Source of the DNA: Thermoanaerobaculia bacterium
GTDB taxonomy: Bacteria > Acidobacteriota > Thermoanaerobaculia > Multivoradales > UBA5704
Length of the DNA: 64,000 nucleotides
Assembly (NCBI GenBank): GCA_044226625.1
Contig: JBGAGQ010000004.1
Coordinates: 64,001 to 128,000, forward strand
Reading direction: 5' to 3'
Numbering within the stretch: position 1 is the stretch's first letter; each line of letters starts with the position of its first letter. This document shows, piece after piece, positions 61,265-64,000 of the stretch. The position numbers and the translations under genes were made by a program. The notes below the pieces were generated by a model. It was not told the DNA's origin. It was given only the letters and a program-made list of their open reading frames with translations, and searched no databases.

Positions 61265-61660
61265 ATGGAAACGACCCCAGCGACCTCAGAAAGTTCCGCC
61301 ACGGCCTCCCTCCCGGCCACCGATCCGGACGTTCCCGTGACGTTGACCAAGAAGGCCGCGGACATGATCCGCATCACGCGTGAACAGGAAGGTCTCGACC
61401 CGGCGAGCGGCCTGCGCATCGCGGTCCGCGGCGGCGGCTGTAGCGGCTTCGAGTATGCCCTCGACTTCGAGATGGAATCGCGGGCGAACGATTACGTCTA
61501 CGAGCAGCACGGAATCACCCTGTTCGTCGACTCCCTTTCGGGGCGTTATCTGGTGGGAACGAACATCGACTACGTGCTCGGCGCGACCGGGGCGGGGTTC
61601 AAGTTCAACAACCCCAACGCCAAGGGGAGCTGCGGCTGCGGTTCCTCGTTCGCGGTCTGA
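61265..61660 (+). CDS. Iron-sulfur cluster assembly accessory protein (IscA/HesB family)
   Basis: GGGCSGFEY and NPNA..SCGCGSSF. Confidence 0.95.
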   Translation: METTPATSESSATASLPATDPDVPVTLTKKAADMIRITREQEGLDPASGLRIAVRGGGCSGFEYALDFEMESRANDYVYEQHGITLFVDSLSGRYLVGTNIDYVLGATGAGFKFNNPNAKGSCGCGSSFAV

Positions 61661-61738
61661 GGACGCCGCCCGAGTCAGTCCGTCGTTACGGGCTGGCGAG
61701 CGGCCGGGGCCTCGAAGGTCGCCTCCGCCGCTGGTAGA

Positions 61739-62716
61739 TCAAAGAAACGGCAGGTCCACCACTTCGGCCGCGGAACCGTCCGGCAGCGAGAGCCGGGTCC
61801 CCGCGGCCGACGCCCTTTTGTGGACCATCGCGAGGCCGATCGAACCGCACCGGGGCGATCTCGTCGTGCTGCCCACCCGCCCGGCCTCCCGCCCTTCGTG
61901 TTCCAGAACCGCGCCGCTCGGAGGAATATCCCGTTCGAACCGGACACCGCGGAGCGAGCGCTGCACGCCCCCTCGATAGTGGATGCGGGCGACGACTTCC
62001 TGGCCGAGGTAGCAGCCCTTGGTGTAGGAGACGGCCGCCTCCTCCTGCCCGGTCTCTTGGGGAAAGTTGTCCGCCCCGAAATCGACGCCGAACCGCGGGA
62101 TGCCCGCCTCGACCCGGAGCGCCTCCAGGTCCTCGCCGTCGATCGGTCGGGCACCCCGCGCGATCCACGCTCCCCGCAGCCGTTCGGCCGAGGCGGTCTC
62201 GACCCAGGCGACGGCGGCGGGCGCGCCCAGCCGCGGATGGCGACCGAGCTCGACCGTCACCCCCTCGACCTCCACCTCGCCGTGGCCCCAATCCGACGCG
62301 GGCAACGCGCCGAGCTCCGGCAGGATCGAATCGAGGCCGGCATCGAGCCTGGAACCGAGGAGTGCGATCGCCGTGCGATCGGGCACCGACCGGATCTCGA
62401 CCCGATCGGCGATCACGTACTTCTGCAGGTGAGCCGCCATCTCCGCGCCCAAGCCCGCCGGCAGGTCGAGGTGTAAGCGGTCCGCCGAGGCGAGGAGGAC
62501 GAAATCGCAGAGCACTTTCCCCTGGCCCGAGGTGAAGAACCCGTAGCGTCCGTCCCCCGCCGCGAGCCCTTTGACGTCGCAGGTGACCAGACCGTGCAGG
62601 AAGCGCTGGCGGTCGGCGCCGACGAGCTCGAGTAGGTCTCGGTCGAGCGCGACGAGGGCGACCCCGGTCTTCGGGGCCCCATCGTTCGGGTGGACCGCTT
62701 CCAGCGAGGGGCTCAT
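61739..62716 (-). CDS. YgfZ/GcvT family folate-binding protein
   Basis: GADRQRFL.GL.T.D, KGCYLGQE signature. Confidence 0.92.
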   Translation of the reverse strand: MSPSLEAVHPNDGAPKTGVALVALDRDLLELVGADRQRFLHGLVTCDVKGLAAGDGRYGFFTSGQGKVLCDFVLLASADRLHLDLPAGLGAEMAAHLQKYVIADRVEIRSVPDRTAIALLGSRLDAGLDSILPELGALPASDWGHGEVEVEGVTVELGRHPRLGAPAAVAWVETASAERLRGAWIARGARPIDGEDLEALRVEAGIPRFGVDFGADNFPQETGQEEAAVSYTKGCYLGQEVVARIHYRGGVQRSLRGVRFERDIPPSGAVLEHEGREAGRVGSTTRSPRCGSIGLAMVHKRASAAGTRLSLPDGSAAEVVDLPFL

Positions 62717-63555
62717 GACGCTCCGGCCGCGCCGTCTAGCGCGTACGGCACGCATTCCTGCCGGGGATAGAGGTGGCGCCCCTGCTCGGCGAAGCCGCCG
62801 AGCGCTTCGTGCCAACGGAGCTGGGAGACGACGATCTTCCGATCGTCGAAGCTGATCCAATTGCAGGTGTTCTTCTCGCGCTCGGCGGCACGGCCGCGGC
62901 TCGAGGTCGTGGTCCCGGTATGGACGATCAGCACCGGAGGGCGCCCCTCGGAGTAAAACTCCTCGGAGCTCGCGATGAACGATTGGTGCTGGTGGCCGGA
63001 AAGGACCAGATCGACGCCGGCGCGGGAGAACAGATCGATCGCCTCGAAGGCGTTCGCGAGCACCCGCTGGCTGCCGAAGTTCGGGGGCGGCACCAGGTGA
63101 TGATGCACGGTCACCACTTTAAAGACGCTCTCCGGAGTCGCGGCGAACAGGTCCCGGACCTCCAGAAGGCGCCGCAAGCGGATCCGGCCGTCTTTCCGGG
63201 TCCAGTTGAACGCGGAGTTGATCCCCACCACCAGGAGCGAGTCGTCACGATAGACCGGCTCGAGCTCGGGCGAGAAATGCTTCGCGTAGGCCCCAAAAGG
63301 ATCGAACGCTCGCTCCCAAACACGCCAAAGCGGCACGTCGTGGTTGCCGGGAATGGCGATCGACGGCACCGGCAGGCGGTCGACGAAGGCGCGGGCGGCG
63401 CGAAACTGCTCGGCCTTCGCGCGTTGGGTGAGATCCCCGGAGATCACGACCAGGTCCGGGCGCCGAGCCTCGACCAAGGCGTGGACGCCCGCGGCGACCC
63501 GGGGCAGGTGCTTGGGTCCGAAATGGACGTCCGAGATGTGGAGAAGCGACCGCAC
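62713..63555 (-). CDS. Calcineurin-like metallophosphoesterase
   Basis: SDVH, SGD, GNHD, HH, GHQH. Confidence 0.92.
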   Translation of the reverse strand: MRSLLHISDVHFGPKHLPRVAAGVHALVEARRPDLVVISGDLTQRAKAEQFRAARAFVDRLPVPSIAIPGNHDVPLWRVWERAFDPFGAYAKHFSPELEPVYRDDSLLVVGINSAFNWTRKDGRIRLRRLLEVRDLFAATPESVFKVVTVHHHLVPPPNFGSQRVLANAFEAIDLFSRAGVDLVLSGHQHQSFIASSEEFYSEGRPPVLIVHTGTTTSSRGRAAEREKNTCNWISFDDRKIVVSQLRWHEALGGFAEQGRHLYPRQECVPYALDGAAGAS

Positions 63556-63566
63556 GCCGGAATCGT

Positions 63567-63827
63567 TCAGGCCCGGCTTCGATCCGCGAAATTGTCGCCC
63601 AGGAACTCACTGCCGATTCGCGCGGCCTGCTCGGCGGCGATGCCAGAGAGAGCCGCGACCATCGCGGTCCCCTTGTACCGGCCCAGGAGATAACCGCCGG
63701 CCGCGGCGACCAGCAGCGCGGGGATCGGATAGGCGCGCACGAGACGCTCCCATTCCCCCGGCAGGATGTCGTCGACCAGCTCGTCGAGGCGCGAGCGCTC
63801 GCGGTTCGGGGTGTCGGAATCGGACAT
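63567..63827 (-). CDS. Hypothetical small protein
   Basis: ATG 63827 with GAGG RBS; YP..ALLVAAAGGYLLGR segment. Confidence 0.6.
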   Translation of the reverse strand: MSDSDTPNRERSRLDELVDDILPGEWERLVRAYPIPALLVAAAGGYLLGRYKGTAMVAALSGIAAEQAARIGSEFLGDNFADRSRA

Positions 63828-63964
63828 CAAAGCCTCCTCTTGAGCGCGGGATCCGGCCGGGCGAAGACGAACTTGCGCCCGCGATCTTACCCCGCACGGA
63901 AAGAACGCGGCGCCCACTGCGAGCGCCGCGTTCGGGAACCTCTTGCGCGCCGAGCGCGCGGATG

Positions 63965-64000
63965 TCAGTCGTCGTCGCGCGACCGGCGGACCAGGAGGCC
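63965..64000 (-). CDS. 3' end of an upstream gene (possibly DUF883/ElaB-like)
   Basis: Reads GLLVRRSRDDD* at window edge. Confidence 0.35.
   Translation of the reverse strand, partial: GLLVRRSRDDD

Overview
High-GC bacterial chromosomal window, most likely Acidobacteriota (Thermoanaerobaculia-like), inferred from an ADOP-type ABC permease and three IPTL-CTERM-tailed secreted proteins. It holds about 55 genes. Housekeeping and envelope genes include htpG, pgsA, an IscA/HesB protein, a YgfZ-like protein, an MMPL transporter, an AI-2E transporter and three ABC ATPase/permease pairs. Secreted hydrolases include M23, HExxH metallopeptidase, S8 subtilase, EEP/sphingomyelinase-like, GH13 and sulfatase-TPR proteins. 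An accessory block at ~51-57 kb carries toxin-antitoxin modules and an NYN nuclease. No rRNA, tRNA, CRISPR array or transposase was recognised. Most notable observations: (1) two tandem low-complexity genes (12536-15872) share an N-terminal 'MF.S...ET.N..GHxLERLP...(I/V)QR' leader but carry different nucleic-acid-toxin-like cores (a zinc deaminase-like H-A-D...CxxC domain and an R-STS-E ADP-ribosyltransferase-like domain) plus NLS-like basic patches and no obvious immunity genes, making them candidate effectors of a shared delivery system; (2) a head-to-head, outward-decaying 21-bp tandem array (~53355-53750) abuts a putative winged-helix gene; (3) a perfect 62-bp duplication frameshifts an uppS-like gene; (4) a fossil Phd-ParE junction is overwritten by a HigBA module. 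All family calls come from motif recognition by eye; no searches were run.
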